Shown here piece after piece: positions 29,721 through 41,183 of a stretch of 50,278 bases of DNA. The notes under the pieces were generated by a model. That model saw nothing but the letters and a program-made list of their open reading frames with translations. It was not told where the DNA came from and searched no databases. Where the stretch lies: positions 1 through 50,278 of the IMG/VR virus record IMGVR_UViG_3300025082_000010; one strand, 5' to 3'. Every line of letters begins with the position of its first letter. Positions within the stretch are counted from its first letter, which is position 1. The translations under genes were made by a program, and so were the position numbers. This DNA is from a virus (Duplodnaviria > Caudoviricetes).

Positions 29721-29927
29721 ATGGATGATTTTATGTTGACTATAGGCGTGTTTGCGCTTACGGTCAGTGAGGTATTAAATAATTATGAGATTATGTTGAG
29801 TCACCATGAGCCATATGTTACCGCTTTAACTGTAGTTGCAAGGTTGTTGTCAATTGCATCGGCTTCTATATTTATATACTCTAAATGGAAAGCTTGGAAG
29901 AAAAGCAGAAATGAAAAACCTAAGTGA
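29721..29927 (+). CDS. Small membrane protein, holin-like
   Basis: Two hydrophobic segments and basic C-terminus. Confidence 0.4.
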   Translation: MDDFMLTIGVFALTVSEVLNNYEIMLSHHEPYVTALTVVARLLSIASASIFIYSKWKAWKKSRNEKPK

Positions 29928-30294
29928 TATACATATAGTTGTATTAGTGTTGGGAATCGTTTTAAGGTTCCTACGGTCTTACAAAGTTGAGTCTATTAAA
30001 CCAGATTTCCAGCCATTGCAGTATTGGAGTGTTTCAAGGCTTCTTATATGGTTTGCAGATGTTACGGCAAGTATTACAGCCCTAATCTTATTACCTGAGT
30101 TCATCCAAATTGTAGTTACTTTTTTCCCTAATTGGGCCGACTACATAAAGGCGTCTGATCTTATTATTACCTTTTCTATTGGCTTTGCTGGTTATGATAT
30201 TTTTAAATACGGCTCAAGGCACACAGCTATATTAGGTCGTAAGGCATGGGAAATGCTCTTATCAAAGTTTTCTACCTCCTCCAAAAAAAAATAG
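29911..30294 (+). CDS. Three-TM membrane protein, holin-like
   Basis: Three hydrophobic helices, IGFAGY motif, basic tail. Confidence 0.45.
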   Translation: MKNLSDIHIVVLVLGIVLRFLRSYKVESIKPDFQPLQYWSVSRLLIWFADVTASITALILLPEFIQIVVTFFPNWADYIKASDLIITFSIGFAGYDIFKYGSRHTAILGRKAWEMLLSKFSTSSKKK

Positions 30295-30304
30295 TAATCT
30301 TTTC

Positions 30305-30355
30305 TTGTGATAACGTAACATTTGTAGTATGTTTACGTTTATATAATTAAGACAC
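30305..30355 (+). promoter_or_regulatory. 51-bp repeated promoter/operator, copy 2
   Basis: TTGTGATAACGTAACATTTGTAGTATGTTTACGTTTATATAATTAAGACAC. Confidence 0.75.
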
Positions 30356-31373
30356 ACATTTAAACACAAGAAGATGGATAATATAATAGAAACTTTAAGA
30401 GCAAAAAAGACAGGTTATGGTCACTTTAGAATTTCAATAGAGAATAATAATAGTGAAATGTTAGAAACTACTACAACTAATACTATGGCTATTGATTGCG
30501 CATTTGATGATTGTTACGATGATGAAGATAACTCAGGAAGATATTACGAATCACAGAGAGAGGCACAAGAGGATTTAGTTAATGAAATATTGAGAGCTAA
30601 TAATCTTTAAATGAAAACTTTCAAACTAACAATTTCGGGCAACACTATCTACAAGCGCGTAGATCCTAAGAACATGGAACAATTCAAAGCATTCTGCAAA
30701 GACATTCAAGCAACATTCACAGAGATAAACTAAAGAGATGATACTAGAAAAACACATACCAGAAGACTTATTAAAAACAGGTTATTGGTTTAGAGCTTCA
30801 TGTGACCATATTTATATAGTTACTTTAGAGTATAAGTATTCTGATATAGATGGTGATTTAAACTCAGTGTTAGCCATAGCATCAGAGATAGACACCAACT
30901 ACATTGATAACGATGTAGACATAACCGAGATTAAAAACGGAGACAAGGTAATGGCTTTTTCATTATTTAGCGATTGGGTTTTAGAGATAAAAATATGGGG
31001 CAAGTACTATTTTCCTACATTTAACGAAGACAAAAACCAATGGTACCACGCAGATGATAATGCAAGCGATATTGATGACTTCATTTTCATATTAAAAGAG
31101 ACTTACAATATCGCAATGAAGATTAGCGGATTAAAAACATACTAATGGAACTAGAAATATATTGTGAAACCGAAAACTACAGGGTGATAAGCGACCCTCA
31201 CCAGCTTATAGGTGAGCGTGTAAAATACATCCTAGAAAATAAGTTCAAGCGTAATGGCTCTGATTGGACATTTCTATTCAGCAAAGATATAGCGATTATT
31301 GCATGCAGCATAACAGAGGTCACAAAGTCAATAAGTGAAGGGGTGAGATTAGCCAAAACATTAAACAAACAAT

Positions 31374-31697
31374 ATGATACTGAAAGAAATTGAAATACTA
31401 CTAACCGCGTTAATAGGCGCGTGTGTTTGGATGTTCCTAAAAATGGGACTCGATAAACTACACATACTTAAAGGGGGTAATACTATCCTAGAGTGGTGGA
31501 GCAACAAAGCTTTAAAGCATAGCAAATTTCCTCATTGGTGTGATTATTGTTTTTCGTTTTGGGCATCGATAGCAGCATTAACAATTATACAACCGCCTTG
31601 GTATCTTTGGATATCGACGCCAATAGTAGCGGTAATTGTACACTTTATAAACAAGCAATATGAAAGACACATACAAGATAATAACAGACCCCTATAA
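31374..31697 (+). CDS. Membrane protein with CxxC (DUF1360-like)
   Basis: Hydrophobic helices flanking WCDYCFSFW. Confidence 0.5.
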   Translation: MILKEIEILLTALIGACVWMFLKMGLDKLHILKGGNTILEWWSNKALKHSKFPHWCDYCFSFWASIAALTIIQPPWYLWISTPIVAVIVHFINKQYERHIQDNNRPL

Positions 31698-32396
31698 GAT
31701 CACAGCTGAGAAGTTCAGCAAGTTTACTAAGGCCACAATGATAGCAATAGCGCAAGGCGACACTTTCAGCGGTTTTATATCTAAGTTTAGCAAACTAAGC
31801 TCTTACATATCAAATAAAGATGATGTAAACGGGCTGCGAGAACTGCAAAACATAATATCAAATGTGTTTGCCATGTATGAAGAGCACGACCTAGATAGTG
31901 ATGCCCTCAAGCACTTAGTAGTGTTTAATGATGCAAGTGATAAGGTTAGATATGTAGATGAAGACACGGCCTATCAATGGCTTAATAAGAACCATACAAA
32001 AGAGGTGTTGATCAACATATCAAACGAGGTAAAAAAAAAGTTTATAGAGAATTAGAGCTTAAGTTTCCTCATCGATACCAGAAACAAGACGGATTTTTTG
32101 AGAGTTATAAACAGTATCGAATACTAGCAACTAAACAGATATTAGGTAAGGCAACCGTTGAAGCGGTAGAGATGGCGCGTAAACTAGTTGAAAAACACAA
32201 CGAGCCTTTAAACCTTAGTTACAACGATCCCGCAAGCTTTTACCATACTTTTGATAGGAATTTCGAGAAAAATGTTGCTTATTTGGCTAAATATGCTAAC
32301 GGTAGAAACGTGAGAGAGTTTAACTTGATTGCATTTAATACTGAAATAGAAATAGCAGAAAAGCAAAACGAGCAAAACAATGCCAAACTTCGATAA
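31660..32396 (+). CDS. Tail assembly chaperone with programmed -1 frameshift (gpG 31660..32055 / gpGT to 32396)
   Basis: A AAA AAG at 32034-32040; -1 frame is open from 32040 into ORF 32172..32396; directly before tape measure. Confidence 0.85.
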
Positions 32397-35118
32397 ACTT
32401 AGTTTTGATGATTTCTTCGACCCGTCCAAGGGTAAAAACGCATTTAATAATATCATAAAAGCACTTGAAGAATTAAACAAATTACTAGGCACTACAGAAG
32501 ACAATATAAAAGGATTATCGAAAGAAGTTGAAAAGGATTTAATAAAGGCGCTTGATAAGTTTGAGAGTATTAATTCAGCAAGTAACAAGGAGCTTTCTGA
32601 AACAGATAAGAAGCTTGAAAGCGTATCAAAGGAATTAGTATCAGTAAAAAAGGCTCTTTCAGAAGTAAATAAGCAGCAAGAGAAAGTTAATGACACCACC
32701 AAGCAAGCGAACGCGGTTAATACTGAGGCCGAGAGACTTTTAAAAGAACGCACAAAACTAGAAGCGAAACTTGCAGCGTCAACAACTGAACAAGCAAAAG
32801 CAAATGCAGAAATAAAACTACAGATTTCGGAGGCTAATAAGCAGCTTAAAGAAAATGCAAAAGAGTCTCTAGGATTGATAGATAACTATACCAAGCTTTC
32901 AAAGGAACTAAACGACAATCGTAAGAAGTGGAAAAACCTTGCGGCAGCAGAAAAACAAAACACTAAAGAAGGCAAAGAGTTATTAAAGACAATAGAGAAA
33001 CAAGACAAAGCTCTAAAAGACATAGATGAATCGGTTGGACAATATCAAAGGAATGTAGGGAATTACGCTGATGCTGTAGGAGATTTAGAGCAAGCCTTTG
33101 ACGGGTTGCAAGGTAATCTAGACGGCATTGCTAGCGGATTAAACAGCCTTAATGATAAAATGAACATATCTAATGTGCTGTCTTTCGCTGGGGCGATGGA
33201 TACTCTTAGTGGGTCGTTAACATCTGGATCGGATACTGCCGAAGATATGCGAAGGGCAGGCGGTAAACTTGAAGCGGTCTGGGATACATGGACTGGGGCA
33301 TTAGGAAGATCTGCAAGCGGAGTTATTGATTTAACTGAGGCAATAGTAGACGGCAACGTAACCACAGGCAAGTTGTTTTCGGCTTATGATAAAATAATTG
33401 GGAGTTATAAAAACATGAGCGACAAAACACAAAAACAAGTTGACGCTCAGACCAAACTTGTTGATATAACAATAAAATCAGAAAAAGAACTTAGAAAACT
33501 ACTAATAACGCAAGCGCAACAAGAAGGGGAATTACAACGTCTAGAAATTTTACGAGACCAAGAGAGTATTTCCCTTCAGGAGCGTTTAGTTTTTGCAAAA
33601 CAAGCATCTCAAGCATCCGTAAATCTTTTTGAAACAAATAGAAAGATTGCTTTAGAAGAACTACAACTGGCTCATAAGCGTGTATCTGTACAAAAACAAG
33701 CAGACAAGGTGTCTTTGGAATTATTAGATGCTCTTGCGAATGCTCAAGCAGAATATATTAGAGTAAATAATGATAGACAAAACGCAGCCTTAGAAGCGGA
33801 TAAAGAAAGAAAAACCCTTCGTGATGACATTATTGAGCAAGATCTAGATTTGATGATTGATGGCGCTGATAAGATTAAGTCTATAGGTGAACGCATAATT
33901 GCAGATGAAAGGATACCATTAGAAGAACGAAAGAAAATCGCTGAAAAATTAAGGGTTTTACAAGATAAAACTTTAGCAGATCAGGTAGAAACATTACAAA
34001 AAGGAGCGAAAACGAAAATAGATATAGATAGTCTTCTTATAGAGTCTGACAGTAAGAAACTAAAAAATCAAATACAAAGTACTGGTTTGTCAGAGCGTTT
34101 AACCTTGCGCCTTTTAGGGATAATAAAAGAAGAAAAAACAGCAACTCAAGACCTTATAGATGTTAAAAAAGACTTGTTTGATGTAAACCAAGAACAATCA
34201 ACAAACCCAGCAGTAATAAAAGCACAAAAAGAAAGGCTTGAGGAATTAAAAACTTTCAAGCAAAAAGAAAGTGAAACACTCGACGAGTTTCAAACAAGAC
34301 AAGAAGAAAGCGCGCTAGATTACGAAGAAACTCTTTTACAAATAGAAATAGACGGGTTAAACGCTGAAATCGCAGCAAGAGAAAAACTAGGACAAGAGAT
34401 AAACGATTTAGTGATTGAGCGTAATGATTTATTACTAGAACAAGCAGAAACCACAGCAGAAAGAGAAGTAGCTATCACAGAAAGGAAAAACGAAGCATTA
34501 ACAGCGTCGGATAAAAAGCGTGTAGAAGATCAAAAGAAAATAGCCAATTCTGCACCCGTTCAAGCTTTATTAGATGGTCTTGAATCGCGTATAAATGCAC
34601 AATTTGCGCTTGCTGCTGCACAAGCATTTAGAATGGCTATAGAACAAGGTGAAGACGTTAAAACAGCTACAAAACGTGCTGCGTCTGCGGTTGCTGCGGC
34701 TGCTATAACGAAGGCTTTTATGGCTGCGTCTGCGCAAGGCTTTCACGATGGAGGTTATACGGGTGACAATGGAGAGTATCAAGCGGTTGGAGTAGTTCAC
34801 GGTCAAGAGCATGTGATCACCAAGAACCAAACCGACAAATACAGTATGAAAGGGTGGACTGCAAGCGACCTAGACACAGCAATACAAAATGATTACTTCT
34901 CACAATTCGCTATATCAAACAATTCTGTAATAGATCAAAAACCCGTAGTAGTCCAACAACGCGAAGAAATAGACTATAAAAAGATAGGGCAAGAAGTAGG
35001 TAAAAACATTCCTTCACATAACTTTAAACCGCTTATTAACGGACATTTCCAACACTCAGAAACTAGAGGGAGTAAAACAATAAGTACAATTTTCAAAGAT
35101 AAAAAAAGGCTACGATGA
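32380..35118 (+). CDS. Tail tape measure protein
   Basis: 912-aa coiled coil, QRNVGNY and GFHDGGYTG...GVVHGQEHV motifs. Confidence 0.85.
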   Translation: MPNFDKLSFDDFFDPSKGKNAFNNIIKALEELNKLLGTTEDNIKGLSKEVEKDLIKALDKFESINSASNKELSETDKKLESVSKELVSVKKALSEVNKQQEKVNDTTKQANAVNTEAERLLKERTKLEAKLAASTTEQAKANAEIKLQISEANKQLKENAKESLGLIDNYTKLSKELNDNRKKWKNLAAAEKQNTKEGKELLKTIEKQDKALKDIDESVGQYQRNVGNYADAVGDLEQAFDGLQGNLDGIASGLNSLNDKMNISNVLSFAGAMDTLSGSLTSGSDTAEDMRRAGGKLEAVWDTWTGALGRSASGVIDLTEAIVDGNVTTGKLFSAYDKIIGSYKNMSDKTQKQVDAQTKLVDITIKSEKELRKLLITQAQQEGELQRLEILRDQESISLQERLVFAKQASQASVNLFETNRKIALEELQLAHKRVSVQKQADKVSLELLDALANAQAEYIRVNNDRQNAALEADKERKTLRDDIIEQDLDLMIDGADKIKSIGERIIADERIPLEERKKIAEKLRVLQDKTLADQVETLQKGAKTKIDIDSLLIESDSKKLKNQIQSTGLSERLTLRLLGIIKEEKTATQDLIDVKKDLFDVNQEQSTNPAVIKAQKERLEELKTFKQKESETLDEFQTRQEESALDYEETLLQIEIDGLNAEIAAREKLGQEINDLVIERNDLLLEQAETTAEREVAITERKNEALTASDKKRVEDQKKIANSAPVQALLDGLESRINAQFALAAAQAFRMAIEQGEDVKTATKRAASAVAAAAITKAFMAASAQGFHDGGYTGDNGEYQAVGVVHGQEHVITKNQTDKYSMKGWTASDLDTAIQNDYFSQFAISNNSVIDQKPVVVQQREEIDYKKIGQEVGKNIPSHNFKPLINGHFQHSETRGSKTISTIFKDKKRLR

Positions 35119-35395
35119 AACTACAAGACTTAGATGGGTTAGACCTCGGAAACATAGGGGGTGTATTGCAAAACTATATGAAGCAATTAACAGACGCACA
35201 AAACGACGTGAAGAAAAACGCACAAGCATTAGAACCTAAGTTTACAATCTTACCTAATGGCAGTAAACTTCAAACCAACAATATAGTATCAGTAAAGGCT
35301 TATAAAAAATGGTGGTGGTCAAAGATCCAAACAGAAATTACACTAAATACAGGCGTTAAGTTTATTGAGAACTGCTTACCCGAGGACATCAAACT

Positions 35396-37192
35396 GTGAA
35401 CATACAATTACTCCTAAATAATGCCCTTAGCGTACCTGTTGCAAATTCGGATGAGTTTAATCTTAACTTCTCCTTCGATGATTTCAGCCCTAACCCTAAT
35501 ATATTATCTGATTTCAGCCCCGAATTTTACGCAACCGCTGATGATGTTGACGCGGTTAATTTTATAAACAATTGGATTGTAAAATATGGTATAGGTCAGA
35601 ATATCCCTGCGCCTGCAATTGATGTAGATAGCGGTTTAGAGATCAGTAACACCTTTCTAAACCTTGCCGATTCTGGGAATCAATTTGATACTAAACGGGG
35701 TAGAATTAAAGTAAAATTAGACGTACAAAACAATACTTGGTTTGAGCTTGCCGATGGATTAAACCTTAGAAACTATTACGATGAGAGTGATTTTGTAAAG
35801 ACTAGGTATGTACGGGAAAGTGTACCTGATTACTTAGAATCTGCTATACTGGTTATTGCTATTTATGTGACTGTTAAAGAGTTGATTCAAACAGTACGAG
35901 ACACTATAGACACAATAAAAAACTCAACCCCAGAAGGACCGACATCTTTTCTAATAGCCCTTAAAATAGCATTACAAATCTTAATGCTTGCTATTTATGT
36001 TGCTGCTATACTTCTAGCTCTTTATGTAATGCTTAAAGATCTAAGTGAAGCCATATTTGGCAAGCCTAGAGCCTATTACGCGGTCGATGTTGTTGATGTA
36101 ATTACACAAGGATGTAATGAGTTAGGGTTTGCGTTTGAGTCTAATACGCTAGATGATTTGCCTGGGGAATTAACCTTTATGGCAGACACCACAGAGGTAG
36201 GAGTTTTAAAGAAGACCCCTAAAAACAACCCTCTTCCTGATATATCATTACTCGAGTTCTGCAATATGATAGGCTTGCAATTCAATCTTAAACTGAAAGC
36301 AGGCATTGATAAGATTGTTCAATTTGAACACAAAAGCCATTTTGAACAAACACCAAGTAATCTAGCACTACAGGATATTTGGGATAAAGGAACATTTGCC
36401 TATAATGCAGATGATTTATATCAAGCAATTAGCCTAAGTTATGCAAATGCGTATACAGATGGTAACGTAACTGATAACAAGTTTACGGTGATGTTTTTGA
36501 CTGATGATGTAAAGGAGAACACAAACCTATCTATTCCAAATGACTTACTAGACAGTTACACAGATGTAAATACAAATATTGATTCACAGCGTATTTACTC
36601 TAATCTAAAGAACAAATTAGACATTACCCTACCATTTGCAGCAGCAACACGAAAGAACAAGGATAGGCCAATAGAGAAGGTATTTAATAGCATCTTTGAC
36701 ATCCTAACAGGGATTAATAAGGATGCTAAACTAAAGATAGGAGAGCGGAAGGGTTTAATGGTTTTGCAAACTGACCGTGTACCTGTAAATATGATCTATT
36801 TTAGGGACGGGCAAAAGATAGCAAAGAATAGCGAGGAGTTCTTCAAGGCTAAAAACATATTTAACACCTATTACCAAAATGAAACACCCTTTGAAAACCA
36901 GTATGTAAAGCACTCTTCTAGAGGTCAAGAGCCTTTGTTTAACGAGGAAACAGCCTTACAGATTATTAATAACAATGTTGCAAGGAATGAAGAGGGGCGA
37001 ACGGTTACAATCACCAAAAACATAAGAAATTCACGCACAAATTTGTATGAGTTCGAATATATGATGAAATTACAAGCTGGTGACTTTGGCTTCATTGAAG
37101 ATAAGAATTTTGAAGTAATAGTAGTAGAAGATACAGAACCAGAGCGCAAGAAATTCAATTGGAAAGAATTTTGGGCATACATGCAAGGATAA
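35396..37192 (+). CDS. Tail tip/hub protein
   Basis: 598 aa after tape measure, internal hydrophobic helices. Confidence 0.5.
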   Translation: MNIQLLLNNALSVPVANSDEFNLNFSFDDFSPNPNILSDFSPEFYATADDVDAVNFINNWIVKYGIGQNIPAPAIDVDSGLEISNTFLNLADSGNQFDTKRGRIKVKLDVQNNTWFELADGLNLRNYYDESDFVKTRYVRESVPDYLESAILVIAIYVTVKELIQTVRDTIDTIKNSTPEGPTSFLIALKIALQILMLAIYVAAILLALYVMLKDLSEAIFGKPRAYYAVDVVDVITQGCNELGFAFESNTLDDLPGELTFMADTTEVGVLKKTPKNNPLPDISLLEFCNMIGLQFNLKLKAGIDKIVQFEHKSHFEQTPSNLALQDIWDKGTFAYNADDLYQAISLSYANAYTDGNVTDNKFTVMFLTDDVKENTNLSIPNDLLDSYTDVNTNIDSQRIYSNLKNKLDITLPFAAATRKNKDRPIEKVFNSIFDILTGINKDAKLKIGERKGLMVLQTDRVPVNMIYFRDGQKIAKNSEEFFKAKNIFNTYYQNETPFENQYVKHSSRGQEPLFNEETALQIINNNVARNEEGRTVTITKNIRNSRTNLYEFEYMMKLQAGDFGFIEDKNFEVIVVEDTEPERKKFNWKEFWAYMQG

Positions 37193-37195
37193 ATT

Positions 37196-40100
37196 ATGGC
37201 TACGAAATTAACAATAAGCGTACTAAAATTAAGGGCAGGCGATAGCTTTTACATAAAAAGTAATACAGCTTCGCCTAACTGGAATAGTCAAATAAATATA
37301 GTAGCCACTAATCCAGACATGTTAGAGGCTCAAGATACTAGTGGAATAGTACCAGCAAGTGAAGAGTGGATTGCAGCAGTTGAGAACCTTGTAGTACCTT
37401 TGCAAGACGTGCCTTTCTTCAATAGTGTTAGTTATGACATCGCGAAGAATAAGACGTTAATAACAATCAATTCCAGCGAACAGATAGAAACAGATAAGTT
37501 TTTTAAATCGGTTGCAAACGGTACGGAATTAGAGTTTATAAGTTACATAGATGCTGATGGAGCAAAGATTGACGCTACAAGTGGCCATGCTCAATCTGTG
37601 TATTTTGGATCTCTTCTAGTTCCAAATATAACCGTGACAGAAATTACCCATGAGTTAAATGAATTCACGGGTTTATCAGATAAAACCTACATTAGAGGCA
37701 ACCCATCAAACGAGATAAAGACAGAAATCTTTTTCACCACAAAGGAGAATTTAGCAGGTAAGCAAGTAGAGTTTAGTTATGGCTTGCTTCAGAACACTAC
37801 CAACCCATATACAGGCTCAACTACTACAGTCTCGGAACCCTATAAGATAGATCCTGACTATTTCACAAACAGACTTACAGGCACTATACAAACTTATAGA
37901 GGCGAATTTGCATCACCTTCAAACCCTTTAACTCCTGTTAACTGGGACACTGGAAGCTTCACGATAGTAAATGTTGTAAACAACGATTACAAAGCAACTC
38001 ATATACACAGGCTTTTAGATCTTGGCACCGATAACGTAAGTGACGATGCAACAGATATATTCACGCCATCAGTACTAGACGGTAAGAAGTCGATTAAATA
38101 CGTTTTTGAGGTTGTTGTATATCCTGACAACATTAGCTCCATGGTGGACGAAACCACCGCAAAAGAGGATTTAACCCTATTTATGAATCAGGGTGCTATA
38201 GGCTGGTTTGATCAGGTTTATAATTCGCCTACAAAGCAATATACGCTTAATAGTTTTACATGGGATACACCCAGCGGAGAACTAAACCCAGCCTTTAACA
38301 GTGTGGGTGATGCGGTTGTTGCTATTGATACTGGTACATGGAACGCAGCTGATCAAGTAATAATTGCTATTCAGAGCATAATTGAGGAAGATGAATATGC
38401 TGTGAATGTCAATTTAAGCAACAACATACAGTTTGAAAATGTTGTTTTGGTTGCTGATGGGACGCCTGTTTCTGGTACAAACCTGATAAATGTCAGTGCA
38501 ACGATAGATGCAGGTGATAGCACCCTGTTAAATATCAGTTTAGAAGTTGTAGACTCAAATTACACTGATCGATATTCGGTAACAGCGCAGATCTTAAGTA
38601 ACTCGCTTACTAGTACTATATCTTTGAAGAGTGGTACAGTATTAACAGCAGCTGATGAAAGCGTAATTACATTCGGTACTTATCCGAGTGCTGCACTTAC
38701 AGAATATAACTTCAATTTCCATTGGAATAAAGACATTACACAAGCTTTTAACCAAGTAATAGCGTTTACAGAGGATAATTATATAGCCCGTTGGAGGGTA
38801 GTTAATTCGGACACCTCCAACACTTCATTATCTAGGTTTCGAATTAGGATAATGAACAGGGAAACAAACATTCAATACGAATCTTTGTCTATATCTGCAA
38901 GTGATATGCCCTCATATACACAAGAGAGAGACTTTCTAATAGATGATGCATCGGAAACTGAATATGTAGAAATCATAGTAACCGACAATTTAGACGGCAC
39001 ATATGATTTTCAATACCCTTTTCAGGTCTGGAAATCTTGGTTTCAAGAGGCTAATATGGTTTTTAGAATTGAATGCAGGTTTGATCAAATTCTAGCAACT
39101 GGCGAAACCGTAACGTTTACAAATACCTTTGATTCTCCTGACTTTCAGATGGGGAATTATGACACCACATTAAACACCGCTCTAGAGCCTCAAGCGTTAA
39201 GAAAACCCCCTTCTATTCAATTCCAAGACGAGGCCACGGGGGACCCTTTAACGATCATTAAGAATGAAGGTTTAACACGTGTAATAGCAACATTTGAAGA
39301 CAACAATCTAAACGATTTGCAAGTCTTTCCAGCGGCTCCGTATACATACACTACGGTAATTCAAAACGGTCTGACAGGGTATCTCAGTATTAACGATAAA
39401 ACAGGAGCTCAAAGTAAAGAATTGCAATTCCATAATTTTAGAGTAAATCAGACTACTGTAGGGACGGTTTCTAATCCGTGGCAAGTTGCAGATGCCCACC
39501 CTACTTATAATTCTAGGATTACACGTACGGATATTAAAACCGCTACAATTGAAGCTATTTTGAATGCTGAGAAGCTGAAAGCGTTGTTTGGTGATGATCT
39601 ACAATGCGTTAAGGTTTCTGGCAGGCTGGACGCTTACAGGATACCTGAGGTTTGTTTTTCTTATATGACTGATGGAGTAGTTGACGCTGTTACATCTTAT
39701 TCAGCCACACTTTCAGGCTCCGAGGTTCCGACATGGTCCTTTGTAAGTGGTGATTCCATAGCGGTAAACGTACTTAATCTGATTGATAGGACAAACCCTA
39801 TATCTTTAAACGCTTTAGATTTTAATGGCAATGATCAAATAGTAAAAGCATGTATGACAGATTATTCCACTGTAACATTGTTGCAGTTCAATGAGACATC
39901 TATTTTAGGTACATTTGATATTGAGTTGTTCACGGGTGTAATAGATATAAGCATTGTTGATAACCCTGATTTATTAGACATTAAATTTCCTACACACGCT
40001 ATAGCAACAACGGGAATAGTTATAACTGATAATGATTTATTGTCAGATCTTGACCTAACACCATTATCATCTATTGGAGGTAATTTATCTGTAGAAAGAA

Positions 40101-40966
40101 ATACTAGTTTAGCAACGGCAAGCATTCCTGCAAGTACTGAATTAATTACACAGTGTGTGTTTGAGGTTCTTGATAGTATTGTGGCTATTGATCTAACAGG
40201 TCTTTCAAGGCTCTCTGGTATATTTAGAATAGGTGGTAATGATTTAATGACAACATTATCAATACCTGCAAGTACTGATTTATTTTCGCTTGTACAAATT
40301 CACCAAAATGATATAATTAGCGTTATAGATATTAGCGGTTTTAGCAAGCTGGGAGGTAGTTTATTAATTAATGTTAATGTAGGGTGTACTTCTTTATTGC
40401 TGCCGACGAGTTCAGAATCTATTACGGTTACGAATATAACAAGCAACACATCATTACCGTCTGTAAGTTTATTGAACCTAACAAATATTAGCGGATCTGT
40501 AGAAATAAGCCTTAACACAGTGTTAACTACTATTACATGGCCTCTTTCATCGGGGAATATTACTAATATAAATATCTTTAATAATGCTCTTACTTCTCTA
40601 TTGCTTCCTTCTACTCTTACGATTAGCGGTATATTAGTTGCTAAGAACATGCCTACATTAACGTCTATTGCGTTACCATCAGGCACAGGGGTGCACACAG
40701 CTATAACATTAAATGGATGCTCTTTGACCGCTTTTGACATTACGCCTAGAACAGGGGCTAATAACAATATAAATATAAATTTAAATGGTAACGCTTTAGA
40801 CACTGCAAGCGTAGACACTGTGTTGTCTGACCTTGTTACTACTGGATGGACAGGAGGAGTGTTAAACATTCAACAAACCCCTTCAGCGGTTCCTTCAGCA
40901 TCAGGTATAGCAGATAAAGACACTTTAGTAGATTTTAGAGGATGGACAATAACGTATGACACTTAA
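37196..40966 (+). CDS. Large tail protein with C-terminal LRR/L-domain-like solenoid (putative receptor binding)
   Basis: 1256 aa; recurring L..L.L..L..I.G.L.I..N..L..L..P units near C-terminus. Confidence 0.6.
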   Translation: MATKLTISVLKLRAGDSFYIKSNTASPNWNSQINIVATNPDMLEAQDTSGIVPASEEWIAAVENLVVPLQDVPFFNSVSYDIAKNKTLITINSSEQIETDKFFKSVANGTELEFISYIDADGAKIDATSGHAQSVYFGSLLVPNITVTEITHELNEFTGLSDKTYIRGNPSNEIKTEIFFTTKENLAGKQVEFSYGLLQNTTNPYTGSTTTVSEPYKIDPDYFTNRLTGTIQTYRGEFASPSNPLTPVNWDTGSFTIVNVVNNDYKATHIHRLLDLGTDNVSDDATDIFTPSVLDGKKSIKYVFEVVVYPDNISSMVDETTAKEDLTLFMNQGAIGWFDQVYNSPTKQYTLNSFTWDTPSGELNPAFNSVGDAVVAIDTGTWNAADQVIIAIQSIIEEDEYAVNVNLSNNIQFENVVLVADGTPVSGTNLINVSATIDAGDSTLLNISLEVVDSNYTDRYSVTAQILSNSLTSTISLKSGTVLTAADESVITFGTYPSAALTEYNFNFHWNKDITQAFNQVIAFTEDNYIARWRVVNSDTSNTSLSRFRIRIMNRETNIQYESLSISASDMPSYTQERDFLIDDASETEYVEIIVTDNLDGTYDFQYPFQVWKSWFQEANMVFRIECRFDQILATGETVTFTNTFDSPDFQMGNYDTTLNTALEPQALRKPPSIQFQDEATGDPLTIIKNEGLTRVIATFEDNNLNDLQVFPAAPYTYTTVIQNGLTGYLSINDKTGAQSKELQFHNFRVNQTTVGTVSNPWQVADAHPTYNSRITRTDIKTATIEAILNAEKLKALFGDDLQCVKVSGRLDAYRIPEVCFSYMTDGVVDAVTSYSATLSGSEVPTWSFVSGDSIAVNVLNLIDRTNPISLNALDFNGNDQIVKACMTDYSTVTLLQFNETSILGTFDIELFTGVIDISIVDNPDLLDIKFPTHAIATTGIVITDNDLLSDLDLTPLSSIGGNLSVERNTSLATASIPASTELITQCVFEVLDSIVAIDLTGLSRLSGIFRIGGNDLMTTLSIPASTDLFSLVQIHQNDIISVIDISGFSKLGGSLLINVNVGCTSLLLPTSSESITVTNITSNTSLPSVSLLNLTNISGSVEISLNTVLTTITWPLSSGNITNINIFNNALTSLLLPSTLTISGILVAKNMPTLTSIALPSGTGVHTAITLNGCSLTAFDITPRTGANNNININLNGNALDTASVDTVLSDLVTTGWTGGVLNIQQTPSAVPSASGIADKDTLVDFRGWTITYDT

Positions 40967-41183
40967 TAATTATGGAAACTTTCGCGAGAATAATTTACAA
41001 CATCAACACGCATACAGTTCTACATGTTGCTGAACACACTGATAAAGGCGTTACAAGCTTTAACATCTTAGACACTGATATAGGCCATTGTTCTACATTA
41101 CACCCTATACTAGTTGCTCAAGGGTATAATGTAGATGTATTAGAAGCTTACATGAATGATAAAAACATTGCAATCCCTGAATA

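Noticed and set aside
17643-40869. Numerous minus-strand ORFs nested in structural genes (e.g. 19827..20282, 32208..32753, 40300..40869)
   Set aside because: Antisense shadows of long coding genes with no independent signals
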